Shown here piece after piece: positions 27,661 to 41,900 of a DNA stretch of 64,000 nt. Source of the stretch: Rhina ancylostomus. Its lineage: Eukaryota. The stretch lies in contig JARFYF010000053.1 of the NCBI GenBank assembly GCA_030265395.1, positions 36,303,724 through 36,367,723 on the forward strand. Direction: 5' to 3'. The first letter of the stretch is position 1, and each line of letters opens with the position of its first letter. Made by a program: the position numbers and the translations under genes. Under the pieces are notes generated by a model that searched no databases, had not been told where the DNA came from, and worked only from the letters and a program-made list of their open reading frames with translations.

Positions 27661-30600
27661 TGGGGCGCGTAATGGAGAGTGTGGGGATGGGAGGACGGGG
27701 ACGCTGTTTCTGCTGAGGAGAAATCCAGAAAGTTAAAGAGAGAGGACAAAGCGAAAGTGCGGAGTAGCAAAAAGGCACGAATCCTCCAGAAGGGCACCGT
27801 GGACAAGAAGCATAACTCCAACTAGAATCAGAGCAGGAATAAACGGTACATCAACAAAGTTGAAGGCTCAATGTATGAATGCACGCAAAACTCATCACAG
27901 GTAAGTGAATTAACCGTACATACATAGATGAATGCGATGAATAGAATTTAAAGAAATGTTGTTGCCAAGTGGCCGTGATTATGATTTAGTCATTCCAGCA
28001 TAGTATCGTTTTTAGAAGAAGAAAGCAACGTGGAAAAGTTGACAATACCTTAAAATGGAGGAACCTGGGTAAGTTATTCAGCTCTTTGTGCCTGCTCTTC
28101 TGTTCAGTAAGATTATAGATTGTCCAATTTTACGCAATTTCACTTTTTCATCTTCTCCTTCAAACTTCCACAGCATTCTCGATGTAGCCTCATTAGTGCC
28201 CTGCAGCGCTTTTCGTAAGATTTACATGCAATTATCCACAACCCCTTTGATTTGAAGGCCGACACTTCATTAGACTTTCTAATTACGCGTTACAGCTCCA
28301 CGCCAGTTTTCTGAGTTTCATCTGTGAGGACTTCAAAGGCCAAATGTGCTGCAACTTTCTGCACTTTTCAACTTAAATAATCCGTTTTGTCATCCTTACA
28401 GTGATACAATTTCATATTTCCCCCATTGTAATCCATGTGCCAAATTTTTGCTCACGCACATATCTTAGCAACAGTTCTCTTTAAATTCCATGTATTTTCC
28501 TTTCAGTTTACCTTCCCATCTAATTTTTGTATCGCCTGCAGATATAGCTACAGTACACTCACTTCCTTTCGCTAAATCATTTATATATCTAGTAACAATT
28601 TGCGGCCCCATTTGATTCCAAGCACGCCCCGCCAAATGGGGATTTCGAATCATATAAGACCAGCTCCTCCTTACTTACTTCTTGCTCGTTAGCTAATTCT
28701 CTATACAAGCTGAAATATTATATCCCACACCATGAGCTTTTATATTGTGATATCGAGCACTTTCTGATAATATACCGGGTCGCTTTTATTCATCCCGGTT
28801 GGTATTTTTCCAAATAAGTCTAATAAATTTGTGGGAGATAATTTCCCCTTCAAAACCAATATGGCTCTTCATGATCAGATTATTTTATTCCAAATGTTCT
28901 GCCAATAATTCAAAAACAATTGACTTTCCTGTGATAGAAATCAGGCTGTCCAACTAAACTCAATTTTTATCTACCACTCTCTTTGAGTAAGGTTACCACT
29001 TTGGTAGTTTCTATTTCCTTCAACAGTAAGGGAGATTCTAAACGTTTCAAACATTTACAACCACGATCATTCTAACCAGTATCTCCGTGGCCACTCTTTN
29101 NNNAGAATGAAAAAGTCAGTTCCAGAGGGTTTTTCAGCCTTTAGTATAATTAGTTTGCCTGATACGAATTTTTTTTCCACTGAGTCAGAATAGACGTTGT
29201 AGTTCAAATGATCGCCTTATTCCATGTTCTTGACCTACGGTATCTTTAGTTAATTCACAGGAAACATGGAAATAAAAGAAGAAAATTATTTCGTTATCCA
29301 TCACGTAACATTGAATGTCATATTCCGTTGGAATGCTTAGATCAGGATTCGTCTGAACTGCGGCAAATTATATGGCGTTCTGTTGTGCATTCGTGTTCAC
29401 AAACAATATATGTGGTTCAATTAAAATCTCTCTCAGGCGATGCTTCCCAACAGCTCGGAGTATTGAAGTACCTATGTGAATCGACATTACCTGTTTGGGT
29501 CGAAAGTAGTGATTCCTCTGCATAAGATGTGGGAAGCAGGAAATAATTATGCTCAGTTTCAACAACACAATCATAATCAGACCCAAAATAAAAAAAGTGC
29601 AAAAACACCTTTGCCGCATTTCTTTCGTTGTTTCAAGGGTTAACATTGTTAGAAATTGAAGTGCGGTAATGGTAAGAGACTCATCAACTGGGTCAATTTC
29701 CGCACCCATGCTGAGGATTTTCCTTCCTACACGCTGATACTTCTGATAAATTATTAGTGGTAAAGAAGCAGTCAAATTCAGCCTCTGTTACCATTTAAGC
29801 TCACAATAAACTGATCAGAGCAAGATAAGGTAGTGAAATGATTGGTAAATCTCAACTTTTGGCGACGTAGTAGTGCTTTCGTTGTGCAAGCTTTTGAGTG
29901 TTCACCTGCAGTTTTAAGTTTTTCTTCCAATTCTGCAATAAAAGTAATATGAAGAAAAAAGTATCAGTGTTAAGCCCAATTACAAAGGTAAATAAAAGCT
30001 GCAGGGAGAAATACATCGAAAATGGTTCCTCGGAACAGTAATAAATGCATTATTGTGATAGCAATACAAAACAATATTATTAAAGAACACCTAAGGCTCG
30101 TTGTAATAGAAACAACAACGTCAATTACGGGAATAATACCTGACATTAATAAGAATCATACAAATAATAATACCAACAATAGAAATAACACTAAAACCAT
30201 ATGTGAACAGCAAAATTAATGTAGATAAATATATTTTTTTCCTGACCAGCGGAGCATTTCCAGCATTTTACACACTTTATCTTGCATTTCCTTTCACCTT
30301 TGAGACGAGAAAGGTGAGCTGGCAACGAGAACAATTGCAGACCTTGCAGCCCATTGCCTTGATATTCCTTGTGGTAGTGCGACTCAGCTTCGGAGATCTG
30401 CCCTTGCAGCCCAATGAGTAACATACGTGCGTCTTTCAGATATCATACACACATTCATTTTGTACCTTAGGTGAAGGAAATGTATATTCAAGGGAAGGTA
30501 AACGCACACGCTACTTCATCCGGGACGATGCCAAGCTTTTTGGAGCTGCACTGACTTAGGCAAGTGTAGAATACTTCTTCGTGGATCTAACTTCCGTCTT

Positions 30601-32901
30601 ACTGTTTTGTGATCTTGAGCGAATACGCAGAACATCCACCCTTTGCAGCCAGTGTATTCACGTGGCTAGCCCAGTTACATGTCTGCTCAATGTTGATTGC
30701 AAGGATACTGATGCCAAGGAACAAGGCGATGCTCATGCCAAAGTAAATAGCAATATTCTCTTTTATTGAGATAGCCATTTCTTGGAAACTGTTCGGCAGG
30801 CATATTTCTTGTCAATATCACACAGAGCGCTAAAGAAACTCAGCATGTCAGGCAACATCCATCTCGGGAAATAGACAGTCAATGTTTCGGGTCGAGACCC
30901 TTCATCAGTTCAGATGGAATTTCTCAACCCAAAACGTCGACTGCCATTTCCTTAAATACACGTTGCCTGAGCTGATGAGTTCCTCCAGCTTTTTGAGTGC
31001 TCCTCCAGATTTCAACATCCGCAGGCTCTTGTGTCTATATCTCTTGCCATCTTTCATCCCGTGTCTTAACGTTGTCAACATTCAGCGACAGGCAGTGAAC
31101 GTTGTTCAATTATCAGCTGACGTTCCCACTACCGAAATTTAGATGGAAAGAAAATCATTAAATAATATCAGAAAAAGATTAGGCCTTTGGCATTGAACTT
31201 GTAACTCTGATTGTCTCATTATTAAAATAGACTGGAAATTTTCTGTCAGCAAGCAATTATTTGAAGTTTCAGTTCTCTCGGGGTTGTGCATAAAATAATC
31301 CTGCAAAATCTGAAGTCGTTAGGTTTCAATACAGCTCCATTACTTAAGGCCTTATTTTCATCAGCAGCCGACAATGAAACGTTTTTTTTTGTGGTACCAC
31401 CCACCAGCTTTTTATATTCATTGGAACACCAGCGGGCTCACGAAAAAGCGGTTGATCAACCATTTTGACTTTACTGGAGGGAGATAAGGGAGATACCCTT
31501 TAAAAGTTGGGGAGGCGGTGAAATTTACTCGATATGCTGCGTCATAAGGAGATATTCTTAAACCGTTTTCGATTTAATTTGATAGTAAGTTCTGAAAATT
31601 TACCTTTGATTTTCTGAACGCATTGTCCATCTGTTTATGATAATTTCATTAAATGAACATGCAGAATTATGACAACTGAACGCATGCATTAATGATTTCC
31701 ATATTTTACTTTTATTTAGTTTAATGATTCTTTTATATTGGCCAGTTCGTACTCAATAAATCCTACCATCTGTGCACGCCGCTGGCGGTATTCTTGCAGG
31801 GGCACAGTTTGTGCCCTATTCATCAATTGAGCTTAGGGCCTGGCTGTCGCTCTCGTCCAGTGAGATGGAGTGATGGGTGAGCAAACGACAAAGCCTCCTG
31901 CAGCGTATCTTGCACCCTGATTCCAGAACTGCCCTGATCAGCTTTGGAAAACTTGTAGCTGCTGTTCAGAGACACGTAATGTGGTTCGGAAATACTTAAA
32001 TAATGTAGAACTCTTACATGTAATGAACAAAAAGTCGAAAATAACTATCACTGGAATCTAACGCCTCAGCACATTAGTATAGGTAGCTCTAAGAATCGCT
32101 GAGATGAGCGCTGAATGGCTGTGTAAAAGGTCAAAACCTTGACTGCGCAGCACACTTTGTGGCCAGTTCAATCTTCTTTTCCATTGACTTTACTCGGAGA
32201 CATAAATTTCCAACCTTATCTCTCACCTGTCTCGTCCAATCGGATCTTCAATTTGTTAAATTCTGAGGGAAAAAAAGACAGGGATATCACGAATGTTTTT
32301 GTAAAATTAGTTGGGCGTAATTCAACGTGAAAGTTGCAGAGCTTTGGAAGTCTTTTATAACACACCCCGATTTCAGATTTTTAGAGTATATGGAAAAGGA
32401 AATTGCGAAGCAGTTGTTGATCTGATGTGACTAGCGGTAAAAATGAATCACACTCTCTGTATTGTCATACCTCAGAGCATCTCAGCGTGGTTCAAACGAA
32501 TCTGCACAAACTCCGCATGGGTTTTTGAAAGGGAAACTATGGTTAGCAAACCAACTGGTATGTTTCTTTTAGGATTCAACAGGTATAATAGATACAAGAG
32601 AAATCGCGCGTGTCGTGAGTTTGGATCTTACAGAATCGTTTTTGATAAGGTGCCCCGTGGGAGGTTCGTGGCCAAACATAGGTAACATGCGATTGGGGAT
32701 AACATGGTAAGGATTGAGAAGTAGTTGTGTTACGTACCAGCAACAAAAGAAACACACCAAGACATGTATAAGTGTTAAAAACTACTTTATTAATAACTAC
32801 TNNNNNNNNNNNNNNNNNNNNNNNNNNNNNNNNNNNNNNNNNNNNNNNNNNNNNNNNNNNNNNNNNNNNNNNNNNNNNNNNNNNNNNNNNNNNNNNNNNN
32901 N

Positions 32902-32945
<44 letters not shown>

Positions 32946-35900
32946 AGGGACACTCACTAATAGTCCTAGTCCGTAACAGTTGTCAGACAGGAAACAAGGT
33001 AGGTATAGATTGCTTCTTTTCAGGGTGACAGGGAATGACTGGCGTTATGCCAAAGGTTCAAAGCTTGAATCCCAGCCATTCATAATCTGTGTCAGTGACT
33101 TACATGAACTAAAATCAACGTCTACAAGTTTGAAGATGACGTCATGGTTAGGTTGGGAGTGTGAGGTGTGAGGACGATGCAATGGCTCCCCAGTTAGAAA
33201 AGTTGTGTGATTGGGTAAATGCATGGCAATATCGCTTTCATGCGGATAAATACTTTGGGTCGAAATTAAGAAAGACAAGTTAATTTCTTTAAGGTTATAG
33301 ATTGGGTAAAGAAGAGGGTCAACGAGACATGAGTGCCCTTGTACACCAGTCATTGAAAACAAGCATTCAGGTCCACCCAGGAGTTCGGAAGGCAAATGAA
33401 AATACGTAAGGGAACAAGGATGTCCTCCGGTAGCTGGACAAGCTTTCGTGAGACGAAATCTGGAGATTTGTGTACAGTTTTGGCTTGCTTATTCGACAAA
33501 GGAACTTTTTTGTCAAGGATGGAATGTAATGATGGTATACTGGGATGATTCTCGGGATGACAGGACGGACTCACGATTGGATCGGTAATGGCTGTATTTA
33601 TTGGAGCCATTTGTATTTGTATTTATGAGAATGAGAAGGAAACATAGAAACATACAGAATGCTATGACGATTAGACAGACTATATGCAGGAAATCTAGAT
33701 TCATAGACTAGAAACAGGGATCTTAGCATCAAGATACAACATGTGTCTTTTCGAATGGAAGCCAAGAGAAATATGGTTTTGCAGAGCGCGGCGTGCCTAT
33801 GGAATTCTACAACAGAAGGCAACGGAGACTAAATTATTAAATATATTCAAAAAGGAAAGAGATACACTTCTTTATGCCAAAGATATCAGATGACACATAG
33901 AGCACGTAAAAAACACAGGAGTCAAGTGTATGATGAGCCATGATTTTGTTGAATTTAGTTATAATTTATGCATTCTTTACTGACAGAACAATTCCAAAAA
34001 CTGGTCACGGCGCCGTCCACCGTTCAAAGTTCAAAACTTCGGAATCAAGTTGAACTGTGAAATTTATGCTACCAAAGAGCGGGGCCGGAGTGCTAAGTGG
34101 CTTGTTCCTGCTCTTAAGCTTTATGTTCTATGTTTCAGCTCATTATTTCTGACAAATTACAACATACGAGCTGCAGTACCAGCACTGATGAGATAGTAGC
34201 AATATAACTTGTTTCAATAATGTTCATTGAGGGATAACCTTTGGATGGCGCATTTGAGATGAGCTTCTCCTGATACTGTAGCTTGATTTTGTAGACCAGT
34301 GACAGTTGATGACAAATCGATGTTTTTATATTACCTGTATGTGATCTGCAAAAGTGAAGCTGTCCCTAATATTTCCGCTTGGTTTGGCAACTGAAATCTC
34401 ACAGCAATTCTGAACTTCACGAGTGGTACACAGCGCCGTGGTCAATTGTTGGAATAGAGTTCCGTTACTAAGGAATGCACGTTTGCGTAATGCAAGATGG
34501 ACGAACTGTTCAGCAAAATATTACTTTCCCAATCTCTCTCTTTATGAAGTATATTCTGAAAATTTAATTTTGATCAAGCTCTTCTGATATTTCCTTGCAG
34601 GACTGTTTCAATTCTCGTTTACCAGTTTCTATAAGAACTACGTCAGGAAGTTTCATTAGATTATTATTTCTGTATCAGTGTGATAATAAAATAATTGCAA
34701 ACTGGTCCAGTACATATGTTTTCTAAGAAAAATCCAGTTAGACCATTTTGTGGATCTTACCCCGTAATCCTAAATTTTCTCTTAATATGCTGATCCAATT
34801 AGATTCAAAAGCCACTTCATATTTGTTTTCATCCAATCCGTAATTTATTTCATTTTTAAGCCATACTCGGGACAAATTTGTTGTTCTTTCCAAAATTGCC
34901 TGCTTGGTCTTTCGTCCTAAATTAAGCATCAAGTTTTGGTGGACTTTCCTTGCTTCCTTTTATTACAAGCGGTAACAATTGTTTGAATGTTTTGCTTCCA
35001 GCTACGAAAGCATAAAGAAATTGACCCCCAATCCATCCAAAGTAGATGGGGGCGGAGTTGAACCTATACTTGGAGTGGGATTCATATTTGATCATTAGTT
35101 TATTCATAATCGCACACTACCTGGAAAATCATGGAATGAGCAATCTGGTCCATTTCTTTAGCGCCGGTTTTATCATTATGACAAAAGGCATCTATTAATA
35201 CCATTAACAATTAATCCTGAATAGATGTACTGGGTGTCAGGGTATTGTTGAAGCTGCTCAGATACGCATGGATAGTTTGCCATTCCAAAATGATGTCAGA
35301 GAATCTCCACGATTAACAATTGGCAAGAATAGAAAAAGACGGGCAAAGAAGAAGTATCTACGAGGAAGGGTTACGGTTGTAATATGAGAAGTTGGAACTA
35401 TGCATCTCAAAGCAGAAAGCAAGTAGAGATGTAATTGAGAAATCAAAGTTAAGAAGGGAATGGAAAGAAGAAACAAGGAGCAACTACTTTCCATGACAGG
35501 ACGACAGGACAGTCTGATATTAAAGCACACAGATAATACTTTTCAACTAACTGAAGCCCGAAAGATCAATAGTGTGGGATTAAACTGGAATAAAAAATAC
35601 CTTGGAATACTTGAATAAGAAAATAGGAAAAACTCACAGCGGTGTCAGAAAAGTGTAGTGTGATTCATTATATACCTCTTCACTGAGCTTCATTGACCAG
35701 GATTTATCAAAAAAATTTGTCTCGCGGTAGGTTCTGCTGCGATTCAATGAAATAACAATGGGCTAATAGCCGAAAAATATATTTTCTTTAATTAAAATTT
35801 TGATCACTGAGCATTTTGGCGTTCTTTCTTTCCATTAAAAGAATATCCGCAATTATAGATGCATATACCTTTTTCTTTGGTTCTTAGCTTATCATCTGTA

Positions 35901-38900
35901 AGTATAATAGCACACCAGCCGATCATTGCTGGCCAATTATTGCAGAAAACAAACATTGCATTTACATTTACTTTTCACCTGTTGACAGATTTTCGAATCA
36001 AAAATAAATAATTCCACTAAAATCCACGAATTATTTGAGGTGAATGAAATCTGTTCAACTGGCAACTGATGCTTATTAGTACAATCTTTTTCCTATTTCT
36101 AAATGACGGGCCATATTTAATGTAGAGGGTAAAAGACACAACAGAATGTTCCATTAATGTTCACTTCATCGTCCAATTTCTACAGATACTTGACTGACAT
36201 TAGATGTCAATATTAAGCTTCAAAACTGCTCCCTCCTCTCCCTGACCCTGCTCTCCCATTGCATTACGTCGTGGCTGATCTGATTGCAACTTCAACTGCA
36301 CTCCACGTTCCGATCAAACAACGTTAACTTGCAGTCGTTGCTTATCAAGCATGGGCTTTTATTTTCCATAATAAACTTTAATACCAAATGTCTTCTGTGA
36401 ATTGAATTGATCCTTCATTGTTTATAGCACGTTACTTGTTGAAATAAAGATGAATTAACCAATAATGAATTCGCTTACGAAAACCTTGCTAACAGTGCCT
36501 GATTAACTTGCATTTTTTTCTACCTTGTCATACCATCTTCAACAACAGATTGTAATATTTTTCCTGTATCATGCGTTCACCTAACCAGTTTATAGTCTCC
36601 TGCGCTTGTCTCCCTACACAACCCCTGAGATTAAGTGGGCAACATGTGGCATTTCCCAACCGAACTGAATCTTCCTTTGATCTTGACAATTTTAGGAATG
36701 TCAACACAATTTGGAATGGAGACGATCGATCTCACCATCCACGTTTAAAATACTGAATGATGAAGTTCATCTGGACCCAGCGATTTGATTGTGTATCTCT
36801 GCAACAATTAGCTCAATATTCAATATAATAGAAAATCAAGCAAATAGAGTACTGGCTGTTCAGCACAACACCATTGAATAATTTCCAATGATGGTCCTAT
36901 TTAACTCCTTACTATCTCAACCTGGCCTTCTTTCCAACAGCGCCAAAACAAATGGCGTAGTCTTAATGAACAGATTGGATTGCAATCTTATGTAATATAT
37001 AAACAATTTGATTTCTTTATATTTAAGTCGAGTAAAGATCATTTGCGTTTACGAATTAGTTGCAACATATGCTTTATTTCATTCTATATTTACAGACATA
37101 TTGTCCGCACCTATATCTGTGTAATCTTTGTTGAGATTATTTAACTCTGAAAGGAAGAAAAAGATTTTATCAAACCAGAAAAACCCACAAGTACATATTA
37201 AATATGAAAATTAATTATATGGTGTATTATATTCAATTTCTTTCCCCCTCAGATGCTAACTATCTAACTCTCGTCCATCCTTCGAGCAGAACATTGGACA
37301 GTTTCTTGTAAGGGTAGGTTAAATTATAAACTCAGAGTTGTCTCCCCAAATCTAGGTTAGAACCAGGTCTAACTTGTTGATTTTGCAATTAAAGCTCCCA
37401 AGCTCTACATCTCAAAACTGCTTTCTGCCAAGTCTCTCAGAAGCTTCTGATTAAATGCCTTGGTACATCTTTATGGGAGTTATCAATAATTGACTTCGAT
37501 AATTCTGCTTCAACATGCATTAGGCTGGACCTGGTTCACATACGTAGGAATATAACAAAGAGTTTTTAATGTGACCTATCTAACGAGAAACTGCCCAATA
37601 TTCTGTTCCTCAGATCTCACAGCACTAGTCACGTTCTGTCGCGAATATGTAAGGAAAGAAAGTACTGTGTAGAGTATTCAGGACTGGAATTGATTGATTG
37701 TTACCTTCAATGCACTTAGGCACACAGAAAGGAGGAAGAGGAGTTGGCGTTTGGGCCCTTGTTTCTTGCTCAGATATTCACGAAACTGATGGCCGATCCT
37801 CTGTTACAACACAATATTACAATAATAGCCATCAGGGATGACAGACAATACCAGTCCAGAGTCGAGTCCCAGATCAGATGTCAGTTGTGGCAGGGCTTAC
37901 ATGCTACAACAGCTACAAAATTAAGTCGGGCAGCTTCGCCGATAACAGCGCATCCCTGCCCGATGAGCAAAATGTATTCTATGTCCGTTTTGAACAGAAG
38001 GGTTTGGAATGTCACGACCCATCCCGACAGCCCCTAATGCACCTGAATCCACAGTAACTGTAGCAGACGTAAGATCAGTCTTCCGGAGAATGAACCCGCG
38101 GAAAGCATCTGGCCTGGATGGTGTCCCTGGCCGTATCCTTAGAGCCTGTGCAGATCAGCTGGCGGGAGTATTTGCAGACCTTTTAACCGCTCCCTGCTCG
38201 AATATGAGGTTACCACCTGCTTTAAGAAGACCACCATCACCTCAGTACCCAAACAAGGTAAAGTGCCTTAATGACTACCATCATGAAGTGCCTCGAGAAG
38301 CTGGTCATAGCATGGATTAACTCCAGCCTTCTAGGCAACCTCAACTCACTGCAATTCGCTTACTGCTGAAACAGGTCTACAGCGGATGTCATCTCCCCGG
38401 ACCTACACTCATCTCTGGAGCCTCTGGATAGTGAGAAACCTGTGTTGGACTATTGTTTATTGACTACAGCTCCGCCTTTAATACTATAATTCCAACCAAC
38501 CTCATCTCCATACTCTGAGACCTGGGACTTAACACCTTCCCTCGCAACTGGATCCTTAACTTACTGACAAACAGACTGCAATCATGAAGCATAGGTAGCA
38601 ACACCTCCACCAAAATTATTCTCAACATTAGTGCCCCACATGGCCACGCCTTCAGCCCCCTACCCTACTCCCTATACACTCACGACTGCCTGCCAGATTC
38701 TGCTCTAACTCCATCTACAAGTTTACGGATGATATCAGTGTAGTGGGCCGTATCACAAATAACGATGCGTCGGAGTACAGGAAGGAAATAGAAAGCCTTG
38801 TGACATGGTTTTATGATAACAACGTTTCCCTCAATGTCAGAAAAACAGAAGAGCTGATCATTGACTCCAGGAAGGGGGAAATGCAACGTGAAACCGTCCT

Positions 38901-41900
38901 GAGGTCTGGAGGGTCGAGAGCCTCAAGTTACTTATGTGTGAACATCATCAATAACCTGCCCTAGTCCAAACTCGCAGATGCCACGGCCAAGAACGGCAAC
39001 CAGCGCCTCTACTTCCTCAGAAGGCTGAAGAAATTTGGTATGTCTCCTTTGGATCTCATCAATTTTTATCGATGTCTCATAGAACACATCCAAACTGCGT
39101 GAATCACGGCTTGGTATGGCATCTNNNNNNNNNNNNNNNNNNNNNNNNNNNNNNNNNNNNNNNNNNNNNNNNNNNNNNNNNNNNNNNNNNNNNNNNNNNN
39201 NNNNNNNNNNNNNNNNNNNNNNNNNNNNNNNNNNNNNNNNNNNNNNNNNNNNNNNNNNNNNNNNNNNNNNNNNNNNNNNNNNNNNNNNNNNNNNNNNNNN
39301 NNNNNNNNNNNNNNNNNNNNNNNNNNNNTTCTATTGTTGTTTTACCCTGTTCTACATCAATGTACTGTGTAATGATTTGACCTGTATGAACGGTATGCAA
39401 GACAAGCTTTTCACTTTACCTCTACACATATGACAATAATAACTCAATTTACCGTTATTATATTTCTATTCTCGATCCAGTTCAACTCACGCATTTTGTG
39501 TCAGGACATCTGCATTCTTTCTTCTTAACTGTACTCCGCGACTTAGCTTCCATCGCTTTCTGCCATCAACAATTCGACAGGTTCACAACTGAGTAAAGAA
39601 CTTCCTACTTATTTCCGCCCTAAACCTCTTATCCCATATCCTGAGACTTTACCCAACTGAAACATACGTCCCATATCCAGTCTATATAGACTGCATAATT
39701 TTTTACGGCCAACCCCACTCATTCTTGAACGACCGGGATGTATTTTAAAGAAAGATAACGATCAGCGACTGAGCTGATGATTAGTATAAAGATGTAGCAA
39801 TTAAAGAGGTGACAACGAGTTATCTGCTAGGCTAAGCACTGTTACATGAAGTGAAAAGGGGATTAATTTTAGTGACATAAATGGGGCCATTCGACCCATT
39901 GAAATCACTCCGTTCTCAAATAATTCTATCAGTCCCGTAACCCCACTGAATGAACTTATTCCCTTTCACGTGCCCAGAAATTTCACCGAATGGCCTGGCA
40001 ATCGCCGACACGATGAGGCGAATTACCCTTGCAGTATCAAATTAGCAGACCTGCCTCTATCTCGGAAATACGTGCGAAGCACCCAGGGAAACCCACTAGG
40101 TCACAGGGCGAAGGTTAAAGATCCAAATAGTTAGTCCCCGAGCAGAAAAGCAAACTCGTATCTTTGGAATTGTGATGCAGCAGCAATACTATCTGCAGTC
40201 CTTGTCCAGCAAGCCTCGCCCTCCGATTTCACCGAAGTGTCTACAATTCTTAAAACCTGTGTGCTGGAGAGTAAAGACGTCTGGGACGGAGACCAAACTG
40301 ACTGAAGCACTTTATTCAGGAGGGAATTCATGTAGAGCATAGAAAACACCAAAACCTATCGCACATAATTTGAGTACATGGTATAAGGCTGAACATATTG
40401 GTGTGAATTAATATCAGTTGATAAACAGGAAAGGGAATAAGGTTAAATATCTCACTTTTGATTTTGAAGGCTGTAATCATTGGGTTGCTCAGGAATTAGA
40501 ATTTTTACTCCACCTGCTCACAATTTATATGAATATACTGGATAAGGTAGCCGGATGGATTATATCCAATATGCTGATTATAAGAAGCGGAGTGGCATAT
40601 GTGGATTTCAAGCAGCGTAAAGAGAATTCAAGCAGGAATACATAGTTTAAATAAAAGGCCGAGAGCATAGCAGATGAAATATATCATGAGAAAACGAAAA
40701 GACATCCGCTTAGCCAGCGAAAAATGGAAAACAATTCGTTAAAAATAATGAGGCATGAAAACTGATCAAGATTCCCTTGGTACACGAAGTTCTTAACACT
40801 AACATGCGCATAGAAGTAGCACTTAGGAGGATAAATAACGTGTTGGTTGTTATTTAAAGGAAATAATTAAACTGGAAGAGACTGAGTTTATTCTTGAAAC
40901 AAAAGTGCATAGGAAAAATATTTAAAGAACTATGTTGATCATTTATAAACTGAAAGAAGTCGTTCATAAGGTAGGGCATAACGTCTGATATTACAATCGG
41001 AAAATTCAACAGCAGAAACGCTTTAAAATGTCGAATTCGCTTTCAGAAGGAGTAGTGGAAGCAATTAGCAAAACTGCATTTAAGTAGTTGTAAAATGGGC
41101 ACATGATGTCACATTGTTGATCCGGAGCAAACTCACAGAGAACCCAATTGCGGCACACCGATACAAGACTGGAGTCAGGATACTTCCTCAGGACAAACGC
41201 AGGCAGTAACTGGAAGGAATCTTGCNNNNNNNNNNNNNNNNNNNNNNNNNNNNNNNNNNNNNNNNNNNNNNNNNNNNNNNNNNNNNNNNNNNNNNNNNNN
41301 NNNNNNNNNNNNNNNNNNNNNNNNNGCATGGAATCCATGTGCTGGACAACAAGGCATTAATGGAGCCAAATTGAGGGCCAGAACTCAGAACCATGACACA
41401 TGATGGAGAAGGGAATTCAAGTATATGTTGATAGAAATATTTGCGAAAGGATATGAGCAGTTGCTCAAACCAGGAGTGGTTATAGTCAGCCACTCTGCTG
41501 TTATGTTTAGATTGAATTCATGTTCACGCTGTTCAGTCGCCAACAAACATTTGAACGCCCTTCCCTACCTTTAGTCTTTGTTTTCAAACTGCTTTCTGAA
41601 ACAAAATGATCCATTATCGATAAAGTTATTCATATTAAAAGGTAGGAAAACGAGAATACGCACAAAAAGAGAGAAGGGCAGTTGGACACATTACTTCCAG
41701 AAATGACTCGATAGACTGTAGTTTTTCTGCAAACCTATTGCATTTGAGGGGAGAGGGAGGAAACACATTTAAGCAAATGTCAGTTAGCCGAACATCAGTA
41801 CAAATGAAAATGATAGAATCTATTATTAAGGAAGTGGTGGCAGTTCGCATGCGAATTGTCAAACACATGCGTTAGGAAGAGGAACAGAGCACTCTGCCCT

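Noticed and set aside
30298-30318. 21-nt segment AHLSRLK
   Set aside because: Off-size, donor abuts a repeat, and exons 14 and 15 read better joined directly.
41695-41726. Coiled-coil-looking EKLQSIESFLE between AG and GT
   Set aside because: 32 nt long, so it would shift the frame.
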